From Raillietiella orientalis (Eukaryota), in assembly GCA_036172245.1 (NCBI GenBank), contig JAYWIR010000019.1, positions 2,232,001 through 2,296,000 of the forward strand: 64,000 bases of DNA. The letters are read 5' to 3'. Within the stretch, counting starts at the first letter, position 1, and every line of letters begins with the position of its first letter. This document shows, piece after piece, positions 1 to 11,715 of the stretch. Made by a program: the position numbers and the translations under genes. Below the pieces are notes generated by a model, which saw only the letters and a program-made list of their open reading frames with translations, had not been told where the DNA came from and ran no database searches.

Positions 1-35
1 GCCGCATTGCACGCTCGTCATGTTTTTGGAAGGTG

Positions 36-176
36 GGGAGAGGGCGACTCGCAGCCCACGACATGCCCATTTCTCGCAGTCGATCCTTCCCCTGGGCAGG
101 ATTCGAACGCACGACGTTTCGTGCAACGCGCGGAGGAGACCGCAGCCACACGTCCGCCAACGCGGGCCGACGATCA
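36..176 (-). mobile_element. tRNA-derived (SINE-like) repeat head, copy A
   Basis: Reverse complement aligns by eye with 811-940; B-box-like GTTCGAATCC at 99-108 on -. Confidence 0.6.
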
Positions 177-810
177 GTTTCCCTTCAATTATTACGGGAA
201 CAGATGAACCGCCTGCGAGGAGAGCAAGGAGCGAAGGACCTTGGCAATCTCCAGAACTGTTCCTTCTTTTTCGTGGAGCGGTGTGCATCGACGATGCAGT
301 CTGGCAATGCCGGCACTGAATGCTAATGTCGTCGCTTGGAGCTCGCGAGACGTCCCAAGACCTCGCCATGGAAAATGGTGAGGTGGAGGGGGAGGATGCC
401 GCCTAGCAACGGTTCCCTGAACTCCTGGGTCATCTCATCGCGGAACTTAGATCGAGCGAAATGGGAATCTCTTCCTCGTCGCTTAATTGGAGACGCGAGC
501 CGAATCGAAATGATGGCTGGGGCATAGACGAGAACGCGGGTACACGATGACCGCGTACTTCCCGATGACCATTCCGCTCATTTCCTCAAGTCGGTCGATT
601 TTTCTCTCTTTCGTCCCTCCGTCACCTCTCCAAGGATTTGCCTCCCGACCTCGCGGATTGCATTCCCTGCCGTCGAGTCCCGGTGGAGGTGCTGCTGCCG
701 TCTGCGCGAAAACGACGGGGCGATCCCCAGTCCAGCCGGCATCGGATCTGTGGACCACGGGGGCTCGAGAAGAACACATGTAATGGACCCGGTGCCCGAG
801 CGAACCCGTG

Positions 811-1511
811 CTGACGGCCGCGTGGCAGCAGTCTCCTCCGCGCGCGTGACACCAGGCGTCACGGGTTCGAATCCCGCACGGGGAAGGATCGACGCTGAAA
901 ACAGGAGGTGCGCGTCGTGGATTTCGAGTCCCCTTCCCCCGAAGGACGACGCTGGTTGACCTCGGTTGGCTTCGGGTGAGACAATTATGGACACCGGATA
1001 CCCCCGTTGACTGTCCCAGATTGGAAGTCGACCCTCCGGGGTCCTTCCAGGAAACAAGAACCCATCTTAGGGGTTTCCCTCCGGTTGTGCAAGTGGAGGT
1101 GGTGGATCGATACCTCTCCAGAGTGTAAAGAAGTGCTCTGCTCCCTTCGGGAGCGGCCCTTTGGAGAAATGGGGAAGCGTCCCTTCGAAGTTCTCTTCAG
1201 AGGAGGAAACAGGGAGCGGTTCCCTTGAGGGTGACATCCGGGGAAGAAATTCCAAGCGCGGTCCTTTCCGGGTTCCCTCTGAAGAAGTGAGGGACAGCAC
1301 CTTCTGGAGGACCCTTCCGGAGAGGGCAAAGAAGAGGTTCCCTTCGGAGTTCTTTACCAGCCGTAAGAGGAATGACTGCTTCCTCCGCAGCCTTCCTGGA
1401 TTCATAAGGCGGCCCCTTCTGGGCCACTCTCTATACCTGAAGAGTCGTACGTGTCCACGGGTAGCGTGGAGCAAAGCTGAAGAGCTTCATGAGCCCCCTT
1501 TCAAGGAGGGG
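811..1511 (+). mobile_element. tRNA-headed composite interspersed repeat, copy B
   Basis: GGTTCGAATCC at 864-874; body 987-1511 aligns with 14807-15284 (shared GGTGGATCGATAC, GCTCTGCTCCCTTCG, GTTCTCTTCAGAGGAGGAAACAGGGAGC). Confidence 0.65.
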
Positions 1512-3284
1512 TGCGACTCTTCAGCAACCAAGGAAAGGAGCGGTGTGTGTTTCCACGGAAGGTCACCGAGAGATCCAGGTAGATGAGAAAAGCGCGGTGC
1601 TCCGAGAGTTGAGAGCAGTGGATCTGCGCAAAAGGAAGAGCATCTGCGCCCTCATGAGCGCGCTTGACTTCCGGCGGGCGATCTGCTTGCCGTTGCTGCC
1701 AGGAAAAAAAAGAATCCGCTCCTGCTGCCGCCGGTCGGCGAGACGAATGTGGGAAGCCCAGCATCGGGAGATCTGGACCAAAAGGCGCGCACACCCTCAG
1801 GTAGCGTCGATGGCTCTGAAGAGCTTCGTGAGTCTCTGCTAAGGAAGCGGGAGGTTCTTCAGCACTCGGCGAACCGAAAGAAATAAGAAAAAAAAATCTG
1901 GAAGAAAAACAGCGAAGAAAAGCAAGAGAAACAGATGATCCCCCTTCCTCCCTCCAAATTCCCACTATCATAGCCCCATAGTGAAGACAAAGCTCCGATC
2001 CGGGATGTGGCAACAACACATCAGGCACCTGCCTGGATGCCGGCTTGCTCCAGAAGCCACGAGGGAAATGCAGCGGAGATCGATCCGAACCTGCTTAGGG
2101 GGTCGGATCTGACCGTCCAGAGGCACCTCTGGACCCCTGCCTCGTCTCCGAACGAACGGACGGTCTGAGGCTCTCTCGCTGGACAGCTCTTCCACGAGGT
2201 GGCAGATTCCCCCCAGTGCTCCAGTCACGCGTCCCGTTGCCAAGGAGACTTCCCTCCCGGTGAGTTCCATCCGCAGCAGGAAGGGAAGGAAACGGGGGCT
2301 CCTGGCGGAAGAGTTACTCTCCCTTCTCCCCTGCGCCTCCTCCGCCATCCCGAAGCCGTCGGCGGCGCTAAAAGGCCTAGAGTGTGCCCTCCGTCCAGGA
2401 AGCGGTTGCCCGCGAGCCACCTTGCGGCCGCCCCTTCCCGCGCTTTCGTCCGGTTCGGCGGGCGAGCTTCTGCAGTCGGGACTCTTTCCGGGAACGGTCT
2501 CGTCCCAGGCGTCATTTCCCGGATGGCGTCTGCTGCTGCAGTTCATCCTTGGATGGATGGGAAAAGAAGGAGATGCTCCCGGAGATGGTAACTGGTTGAA
2601 CCCCCCGCTGCTGAGGGCGGGGATGGAAGATTCCCCCACTCGGGATCGCCTGACAAGAGGAGCTCAGCGCTCTTCTTGTCAAAGCGGCGCTCCTCCTGAG
2701 TAACCGACGCCGGGTGCGCCACTGGACGATGGAGAGTGCGTCCCCCGACTGTTCCGAGAGCAGGGAGATCGGATCATTCCCGCCCGCATCTGCTCCTGGA
2801 CCGCGAGTCCCTTCCTCATCTTCGCAGGCAGGTTCTTCGGCGACAACGCAAGGAGCCCTCGACTGATGGGGCGCTGCCATCATCCGCGCAGCGGTCGCCA
2901 ACCTCCTCAAAGGCGATTCATTCCATCCCGTTTACGGCACGGAGGGGCGGGAGGCCAGACGGTCCTACGCCTGTCCCAGAACCATGGACGGCAAAGAGGT
3001 TGCGAGAAAGATGGCGGGACGAAAACCTCCCGGTGACCCTTCTCTTCCCCTTCCTCTTTCGGAAGCTTCTGGCGCTTCCTTGCCCGCTGGAGAGACAGAG
3101 ATTCCACGCTTTTTCCCGCGAGAGGCGCGCGGCTAGAAGATGGAACGGCCGGGAAGCCAGGCCGTTCCAGCAGCCCTACCGGTGGACCCGGTCGAAAGGC
3201 CCGTTGGCGAGCGTGGCAGGACACCAGTCGCCCAGGAAGCGAACCCTGACTGATCTGGAAGAAGCGGGCACTTGACCCATCTCC

Positions 3285-3598
3285 AGAGGTCGTTCCGAAC
3301 TAGTTCTTCTGGGACAGCGGCCTCAGGCTCTGAAATGGGAGGGCGCATGCGGGCCGGCTGGGCTCGGAAGCCCCCACGCAGCAGGGTGACGTAGGCCGGA
3401 ACTCCTTGACCCGTCTCCAGGACCAGCAGTGTCTTGGTTTGCGCACCAGGAGCACTGCTGATCCTGGAGACGAGCAAGGAGTTCCGGCCTACGTCACCCT
3501 GCTGCGTGGGGGCTTCCGAGCCCAGCCGGCCCGCATGCGCCCTCCCATTTCAGAGCCTGAGGCCGCTGTCCCAGAAGAACTAGTTCGGAACGACCTCT
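3285..3598. repeat. Long inverted repeat / hairpin
   Basis: 3285-3408 is the exact reverse complement of 3475-3598 (124 bp); the spacer is an imperfect stem of about 30 bp with a roughly 6-nt loop. Confidence 0.97.
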
Positions 3599-5522
3599 TC
3601 GTTGGACTTACATTTCCTGCTGGAAGCGTCACGCCTTCTGGAGATACTCCTGCAGGTAGGGTGCCACAGCAGCCTCATCACTCCACTCCGTCTTCAGGAT
3701 CTTCCGAAGTCATCACCGGAGGCAGTTCCGTAGCCAGCAAAGTCCCTCTTTCAGCGACGGCTTTGGTCGAGCCACGCCCCTCCCCCTCTCGCTCCCCTGA
3801 GAAGCACCGTCCGCGCAAGCGCCTCGGCCATTGAAGGCGTTCTGGGAGGAGCGGTTGCTCCCTCTTCCCTTCTGGCGGCCTCCTACTCAGCTCCCGAGTT
3901 CTTCCCGCGACGGAGCGGCTCCCGTGAAACCGTCCTTCCATTTTTGCAGCTGGCTCGCGCGTGACCCGGTTGGTTGCAGGGGGGAACGCGCTATACTTTC
4001 CTCTCCAGATGTCCCGTATCCCCGGAGAGTACACAAAAATTGGTCCTCCCGACGCGCCGCACACTGGCGATTCCGATGCGCCGTTCGCGCGGGATGGCTG
4101 ACCTCTCTGTGACCCGGCCTCCCGTAGCCGCAGGCGACCACTCCTCCCTTCATGTCTTTCCTCGAACACTTTGAAAGGGCGGCGGGGCGCGACGGCACCG
4201 AACGTGGCCAAACTGGCCGCCTCGGTGGACTTTCGACACGCCGGCGGCGATTTCCCTTAGATGGATCGGCCTCGAGCTGCCCTCAGGGGTAGGACGAACC
4301 TTCGTTCCATCTCCGTTTACCGGGCGACCCCAAGTGGAGACGGGCCGGCGCTGCTCCAAACGCCTGCCGCCGCAACAAGAACACGTGGATCGCACGCGGG
4401 TCGGGCAGCCCTGGCGCTCCACGTGGCCGCCGAAGATGACCTCCGCCTTGGCACCTGCCGAACCCTTCCCAGGGCTTGGAAAGTGGTGAAGCAGGAAGCA
4501 CAGCCAGGCGCCCAATCCAGGACGGAGATGCCTCGAGGACTCTTGGAGGGCGGGGGGGGGGGGAAGGGAGGAATGGTCCCCCTGTGCAACCCTAAGTTGA
4601 GGGGATGACGATCCTGGCATTCTTTATCTGCAGCATCCTCCTGGTGAGGACCAAACTGCGGAGGGAGAGAGCAGGACGACGTCCTGAGGGACCTTCCCGA
4701 AAGGGACATCAGTACCCGAGGGCGCGTGGACTCCCCGCCTCCAGAACATTCGAGAAGCGGGCACTTTGCTCGGAGCGAGACTCCGAGGGCAGTCTCTGGA
4801 GCCCCTGGGGCGCTGGTGCTCTTCCACGAACCCCATGCACAGTGATTGAAAACATCCCCTGCGTCGTAGGCAAGGGTAGGGCTGCACCCTTGGACCACGC
4901 AGACCTCGGTCTCCAAGTCCAAGAGTGGTTGGCTATTGACTGAGGAGATGGTGGCCAGGAGTTCTCCGACTGGCTTTCGCCCCAGGGCGCAGTCTTCGAG
5001 GACACCAGTATGCACCGGAGAAACCACCCCCCATGCCCTGGGTGGCCCTCCGAGATGTATCCGTGCCATCCCGCTCGATAGATGCGGACAAACCTCCCCT
5101 GACCTCCCAAGCTTCACGACACTGACTGTGAGAGCGTTCCGAGGGTCGGATGAACAGGTCACGACAGCAGCGACTATGCGGGAGCGTCCGCGAAGGTTCC
5201 GAGCGACTGCTGCGCGGGTCGTTCAGAGGGCGGCAGTTTGCTGACCACGCGAATTGAACGCACTTGTCAAGCACGTCCCTGAAAGTCCGGGTCGCGGTCC
5301 AGCGGATCTGGAGGCCAAGGGTCACCGTCGGAAGGCGGCGGGGGGGGGGGGGGGAAGGAGCGCATCCTCCCGGGCTTCCTCCTACCCTCCTGGAAGAGCT
5401 GGCATCCGTTGGATGTACTTCAAGGACCCTCCATAGTGGGTGGCACACGTCTTGACAGGAGCCGACTTCGAACTCCGGAATCTCGAAAGATCAAAAATAA
5501 ATACGCGTGTTTATTTATCATG

Positions 5523-5903
5523 CATATTAATGTATACATTGTTATGTAGATTGATGTTCAAATCTTATGCAGATTATTACATGGATTACCATATAGATTA
5601 CTGCATACATTACTGCATGCATTACTGTATAGATCAATGTTTGCTGTGCAGATAATTGTATAGATTATTATATACATCAATGTATAATTAATGTCCAAAT
5701 TATTGTATAAATGATTGTATAGATTACGGAATGCATTTCTCTATAGATAACGATGTCGATTACTATATGGAATAATGTTTAGACTACTATATGGATTACC
5801 ATATGGATCAATGTTTCGATTGCTACACAGATAATTGTATAGACTACTAAATGCATTACTATATAGGTCATTGTATCGATTACTGTATAGATCTTTGGTA
5901 TAG
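5523..5903. repeat. Degenerate 12-bp minisatellite (consensus about GATTACTGTATA, roughly 30 units)
   Basis: Consecutive units gattattacatg, gattaccatata, gattactgcata, cattactgcatg, cattactgtata. Confidence 0.85.
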
Positions 5904-8084
5904 TATAAATATTATAAAGGATAAATATGTATGTTCGTTGTGTATCCTGTATAAATATGGAATTAAAAAAAATAAAAAGTGATGAAAATAGTGGGGGGAA
6001 ATGAGAAAGCGAACGAATTTGAAAAACAGAAAGGAATTTTGGCACTTCCTCAACAATGGATGAATTCTTCCTGGACTTCGATCGTTCAATGAACCCATGT
6101 CTTTATAGTTCCATATTTATACATTCATTTCATATGTATTTATTGCATACATGGATATATATTAATGTTTATAACAGACGTTTTATATATTTAATATAAT
6201 ATTCAATACATATAGTAATAGTACATTAGCTCATAGTATTAATTGTATTAATAAATGTTTACAAATAGTGATAAATGAGCATGTTTAAATGAAGTTGTAT
6301 GCTAATCTATATATAAATATGCATATTAATATACATGATAAGCATGTAAATTTATTGTTTTCCCATCTTCATGTCTTAATCTATACATAAATATGTACAA
6401 TATGGATATGTGTGTACACCAAACACGTGCGTTCACTCGGAATGCTCGTTCGCCGCGGTTTCGAGTCGAGCCCACCCTGGGCGCTCAGGAGGCTCCGTTC
6501 CAGAAGAGCCCCATGGGGGCACGAGACCGCGACGTCGTGGGGTTCCTCCCCGGACGCGAAAAGAACCGAAAGTGCAGTCGCTCCCGATCCAGGGATACTT
6601 CCGGGAACCTCTCGGGAGTCGCTGCCACTCGCTCACGCAAGTCGCTCTTCTCCCGGGGTGGAAGGCGGCGGAAATGCCCCCTCGGGCGCTCCCGCTGCGC
6701 CCCGCAGCTGCCGCCCTTCCGGTCCGCGAGTGCCGTAGTCGTCGTCTGTCGGTCTTCTTCCATCTGCGAGGGTCCGCCGCCGGGCGGCGCCCGGGTCCGC
6801 GACGGCGACCTTGGGAGAGGGACTTCCGGGAGCGGAAAGAGCTGCCCCCGGAGAGGAGGGGGTGGGGGGTCTGTTCCGAGGGAGGAAAGTAAAGGGATGC
6901 GCAGGAAGTGCATCGCGAGTACGCAGGTCGGATGACGCGGGGATAAAGCCAGGCGGTCTTACGGTTTACCCTCTTACGGGACCTCAGGGCGAGAGGTCGC
7001 CCCTTTCAGGCCAGTCCCCCTTCCCCGGCGGTGCTCCCCACCGAGCTGCTGTGGTGCGGGAAGCAGATGGCGGAAGGAGGGGAAGGGCGACGAAGGATCG
7101 GCAGCCGCGGGTCGCAGCGACCTCCACCGACGGCCGCGTCTTTCAAAGGGCCAGCGGGCGGGGCTGCTGCGAACGCGCCGCAAGCAACGCTCCCGGACTA
7201 GGCACCAGGTGCGATTCGAAGCGCAGGAGTGGGAACGGTGGGCGGGGTGCATCCGGACCTCAGGCCCCTCAGGCGGTGGCGCGCGAAGAGCGTTTCGTGC
7301 CAAGGAAAGGTCGCAACGGACGCGCGACCGCCAGCAGCTCATCCCGCCTCGGAAGGACCGCATGGCCCCCGAGCAGTGCTGCGTGCGCCATCGACTCGCC
7401 GCCCCAGACAGGTCGAGGACAGGTCGTGACCTCGTAGGTCGACCACCATGACCTCCAGGTCAGCCGCTGGCTTGAGCCCTCGGGGTGAACTTGAGAACCG
7501 CGAGGGAAGGAGGGCAGGTCTCCCTCGTCGCTTCGCGCGCGCTGGCGGTCCTCGGGAGCCGCCAGCCGCCCCTCTCCCTCCCTTTCCTCTTTCCGCCCTC
7601 CCTCCTCTCCCTTCGAAGGAGATGCGCGGTCTCCCGATGCCCAGCACGACGCGCCACCCGGTTCAGGACGCTCTCGTTTGCTCCCATCGGATTCGACATC
7701 GGCACCAGCGTCTCCTGGAAACGCCCCCCCTCGCACGCGGTTTCCTGCTGCGTTCGCGGTCACGCACGGGGACGCTTGAGGGGGGGGGGGATTCCCGCTC
7801 CTCCCGCGCGCCAGTTGCCACTTTGGAGCTGATGAGCACAGGTGGAAGGTTCCGTGCCGTGGTCGCGTCGGCAGGAAGGACCCCCCCTCGAAGTCCTAGC
7901 CCCTTTCACGAGCATCGGTCAGGTTCACTCCTAGGACCGAGTGGAACAGTCCTGACCGAGTTGGTGCTGCTTGCCTCCCGCAGTCGCTTCTTTTCTGAGG
8001 CTTCCCCTGACCGACTGGAGACTCGCTCGAATCCTCCGAGAAAGAACAGAAAAAAAAAAAAAAACTTCCACCATTTCTGGGAGG

Positions 8085-8235
8085 AGAAGTAGGTGGGAAG
8101 GTGCTGAAAGGGAAGAATGAGAAGTGGAGGGAGGAGGAGGAAAAGAGGAAGAAGATGAGGAAGAGAAGTAAGGGACAAGGAAGAGGAGGAAGGGATGAGG
8201 AGGAAGAGGAGAAAAAAGGGAGGAGGAAGGGAGGT
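8085..8235. repeat. Polypurine (GA-rich) low-complexity tract
   Basis: Almost all G/A on +, with GAG/GAA units. Confidence 0.8.
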
Positions 8236-8702
8236 GACAAAGGAATTCCCTTTTCTACATCAGCATCCCGCGCATTGTATCCAGAATGAACCGCACGAAG
8301 GAAAGAGTGCCCTTCCGAAAGAGTCGAAAGGGGGAGAAGGCTGGGAGAGCGTGGTTTCGTGACGGCTGGGGTGCGTTTTCCGATGAAACGCGCACGACTG
8401 CCACAAGGATGCTTGTCTCCTTTGCAGCCGGATGCTCTCGTCCCTGGAGCATCCGATGCGGAAGTAAGGCAAGGGGCAAAGCCGCATGCAAGACTGCGCG
8501 GTGGCACGATCTTCTTCCCACTTCCTGCTCTTCCGTTCCGGGTTGCGCTCAAGCTTCGTCCTAGAGGGACGCGTTCCCGTGCCGGGTGCGACTCTGCTAC
8601 CCTGGCGCGTGCGCTTCCGGGTGTCGCTCCTCTCCATCCGCCGGTGGAGTCCAAAGCGCGGCTTTCCGTGACGGAGCCCAGACGTGAGCGACCCCTGCCG
8701 GG

Positions 8703-8703
<1 letters not shown>

Positions 8704-8736
<33 letters not shown>
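8704..8736. repeat. (GCT)11 microsatellite
   Basis: Read directly from the sequence. Confidence 0.95.
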
Positions 8737-8737
<1 letters not shown>

Positions 8738-10659
8738 AGGAATAACCACCACCAGGAGGCCGCGCACGCCTTCGACTGGACCCCACCTGCGCGCGCGTGT
8801 CGGCATCAAAGGGAAGGGAAGAACGCTCTCGGCTACCGGGGCGGGAGAGTTGCTTGCGTGCATGCGTGTACAGAAATGCGAAGTGTCCACATGTGTACAG
8901 TGCACGTGTGCACTGTGCCTGTATACCTAACGACGAGCATATGCACACATTGCAGAACATACGTGCGTGAAAGACACACGTCCGTTCATCCCCATCGCGC
9001 GCGCGGCTGCAGAAGATGACGTGTCGTCATGGAATCGTCACCACCACCAAGTGTGATGGCGATCCCAACCTTGCCCGTCACCAACAGTTGAGAAGGTTGC
9101 TCCAGAGCGGGCTGGAGCTGACCGAGCAGCAGCTGGGATGGAGGAAAGGCATCTCAAAGGGAGCACACACTTGGAACTGGTCTCTCTGGCTCCCCTGGTT
9201 CATGGCAGCACATGCGTCGGTACGCGCGGTTGGTTGCCGATCCTTGGAGTGCGGCATGAGGGCGCGACGAGGGAGACCAGCGCAAACCCGAGGAGGCATC
9301 TCCGTTCGAACGCAGGACGCTCCCGGGACGTGCACTGGAAATGCGAGGTCGCCCTCCGGCCGGTGTAAAGCCACAGCCACCCACTAGAAACGCAGCTCCG
9401 CCAGCAGGAGACGAAAAGGCCGGACCGATCGGGGAGGCGGACGCTCCCGCCATCGTCTGCTCCCCCCTCCCCCCTCTTTCCCCCAGGAGCGCTCTGCAGA
9501 TTTCAGGCGAGGAGGAAGAAAGACGATGTGGGACCACGGAAGCACATCATGGGCCCGGCGCCACTGCAGGACTGCCATGACGGATGCGACCGCTGCATCA
9601 TTCCAAGCGTTAGTTTGGGGAATGGGGTCTAGGAGAAAGGAGGAATGTTGTTCCCCTTCGCGCAGCCCCAGCAGCGAGCGACGGCCGAACCGGCTGAGCA
9701 GCGCGCCGCCCAAGAAGAGATCCTTGTGGAATCGCTCCCTCTCCGGGGACGGCGCGATCCCTCCTGAAGGTCTTCCAGGAACTCTCGCCGGACCGCTTGC
9801 AACGAGCAAGCCAGGGGGATCCCGGGACGCTCTCTGTCGCCAGCGAGATCATCCCCGTTCCATTCCTACTTCCTCTACGTCGTCCTCCCGGGCGCTCCCA
9901 GAGAAGCGGACGCCGACTGGTGGCAGGTGGAGAGGGGGCATGGCCGAGGGAATTCCGGGGGCAGATCGCGTAGGGAGCGACCCCGCCGCGCGCCTTGGAG
10001 CTCCGACCCTAATGGCAAGCAGGGATCCCCTTCCCACGCGCAGGGGGCTGATCCGGGAGTTCCGGTGCGCCGGAGGCGGAGGGACCACGGACGATCCGGG
10101 TTGTTGCTGCCGCGGCGGTGCACGCAGAGCGCTGGACGCGGGGGGCCTCTCTGCGCCCCCTTCTGGCGGAGCAGAAACCCAACCGAACCCCCGGTCAACA
10201 GCGGGACGGAGTCCCCGCTGCCTCGACCCCGTTCCCTGCGATGAGGAGGGTCCAATTCGGGTGCCGCCGGCACGGCACATACCATTCGGGGGTGCAGGAA
10301 AATAAAAAAGCCTTCTAGGATTGGGCGGGAGCAATTCGGACGGGAGCAGAGGGAAGGAGGAATCGAGTGCGCCGGAAGTGACGTCTGAGCTCCTCTCCAG
10401 GACCCGAGAAGCGAGGCGTCCCCTCCGGAGTCACCGCCGTCCCCCTGTGCCCCGTTCTTCCTTCTTGGAGTCCCAGGTCCTCCTCTTCACCCGTCTACCG
10501 CCCCAACCTAGGGGGAAGAGAGGGAGATGTTGTTGAGGCACCGGTCGGTCCATCCTTGGGATGCTGCGGCACCTCGAGGATACGGCGCAAACAACCGCTC
10601 CTCAGCTGCCGGGGCGACGTCTTCCTCTCCCGAGCAAACGCGCTCGGCGGATAGCACAG

Positions 10660-10910
10660 GCTGCTCATTGCCCGGCAGCTGCTGGCAACCCTGCCGAGGG
10701 AGTCGACCGCGCGCCTCGCCGTACGAGGGAATGTGCGTTTGCATTTGCGCAAGCGCGGATCGCACCCTGAAGATCTGTCGCGTATGGAAGCTCCTCGTTC
10801 AGTTCCTCGTGCGCATGCGCTGTGCGCAGCTGTGAGGCGTGCTGAAGAGCTGCCTGAGGATGCAGATTTCGTAAATAAATGCGCGTACATGTAAAAAAAA
10901 AAAAAAAAAA
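10660..10910 (+). pseudogene. Possible decayed WD40 C-terminal fragment (Elp2-like) followed by AATAAA and A18
   Basis: Across frameshifts: HRLLIARQL/CWQPC...LHL/SADRTLKICRVWK; AATAAA 10874-10879; A18 10893-10910. Confidence 0.3.
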
Positions 10911-11403
10911 GTACCCCGCGTCCTTCTTTGGCAGATTCCAGACTGCGCCACCACCCAGCTCGGATCACACTCTCCGGAATGCGAACGCAGATGTCCGTTT
11001 CTCCAAGATGTCCGTCCTCTTCACTAGGTCATCCGACGCGTGACCGACCAGCTGATTGCTCGCTGGCGGTTCGCCACAGAACCTGACAGACTTGAAACCC
11101 TCTGTTCCTCCTAAACCGAACCTTTAGCAAACTCTGCACCCAAGGAAAAAAAAGGAGGGGAGAAAAACACTGGGGAGACCAGCACTCAAATGCCCTCCCT
11201 CTCACCTACGACTCAACAAAAAAAAAAGAAAAAAAGAGCGGTTGGATTGAAAGACGGCAAAAACTTTTCAAGGATTGCAGATTGCAGATGTCGGATTTTT
11301 TATTCTCGATGCAGCGCTTCCTCATGTCCTTCCCTTATTTCCCTTTTTCTTCCGATGTAAACATATGCGTACATACGTATACATACACATGTAGATGTGG
11401 ATG

Positions 11404-11715
11404 CAGTGTTACCTTGATACTCGGCGGTGTCGGAACTCGTCAAACTCAGTATTCGTCGCATTTTGACGAGAAAAAACAGTTTCGGCACTCGGAACTCGAC
11501 ACCCTACTCTGACTACCAAACAAGTGAACACTTTCGTCTCTCGAATAGTGCCGAACACTTTCACAAAGTGCCTCCCGAATCGCTCCTTTTTGTGTGCTTT
11601 CTGTGCGTTATAAGAGTTAATCACGGGTCCCAAACTCACAGTTCAGTACTCGGCGGTTTTCGGCACTCGTTACGAGTTCCGGAACGAATCATTGACGAGT
11701 ACCGAGGTACCACCG
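11404..11715. mobile_element. MITE-like non-autonomous TIR element
   Basis: CAGTGTTACCTTGATACTCG (11404) versus CGAGTACCGAGGTACCACCG (11696-11715): 16/20 inverted match; internal TACTCGGCGG..TCGG.ACTCG subrepeats; TA on the right flank. Confidence 0.55.

Noticed and set aside
811..885. Functional tRNA gene
   Set aside because: Only the T-arm/B-box is convincing; no proper acceptor stem or D-arm, and paralogous copies diverge, so treated as a repeat head
5030..5110. Gypsy integrase HHCC-like EGHPG motif on -
   Set aside because: No other integrase, RT or RNase H motifs nearby
5523..5903. CRISPR-like array or a Tyr/Cys-rich repeat protein (ORFs 5440-5655, 5779-6045)
   Set aside because: Contiguous degenerate 12-bp units without spacers; the peptide periodicity is a by-product of the DNA repeat
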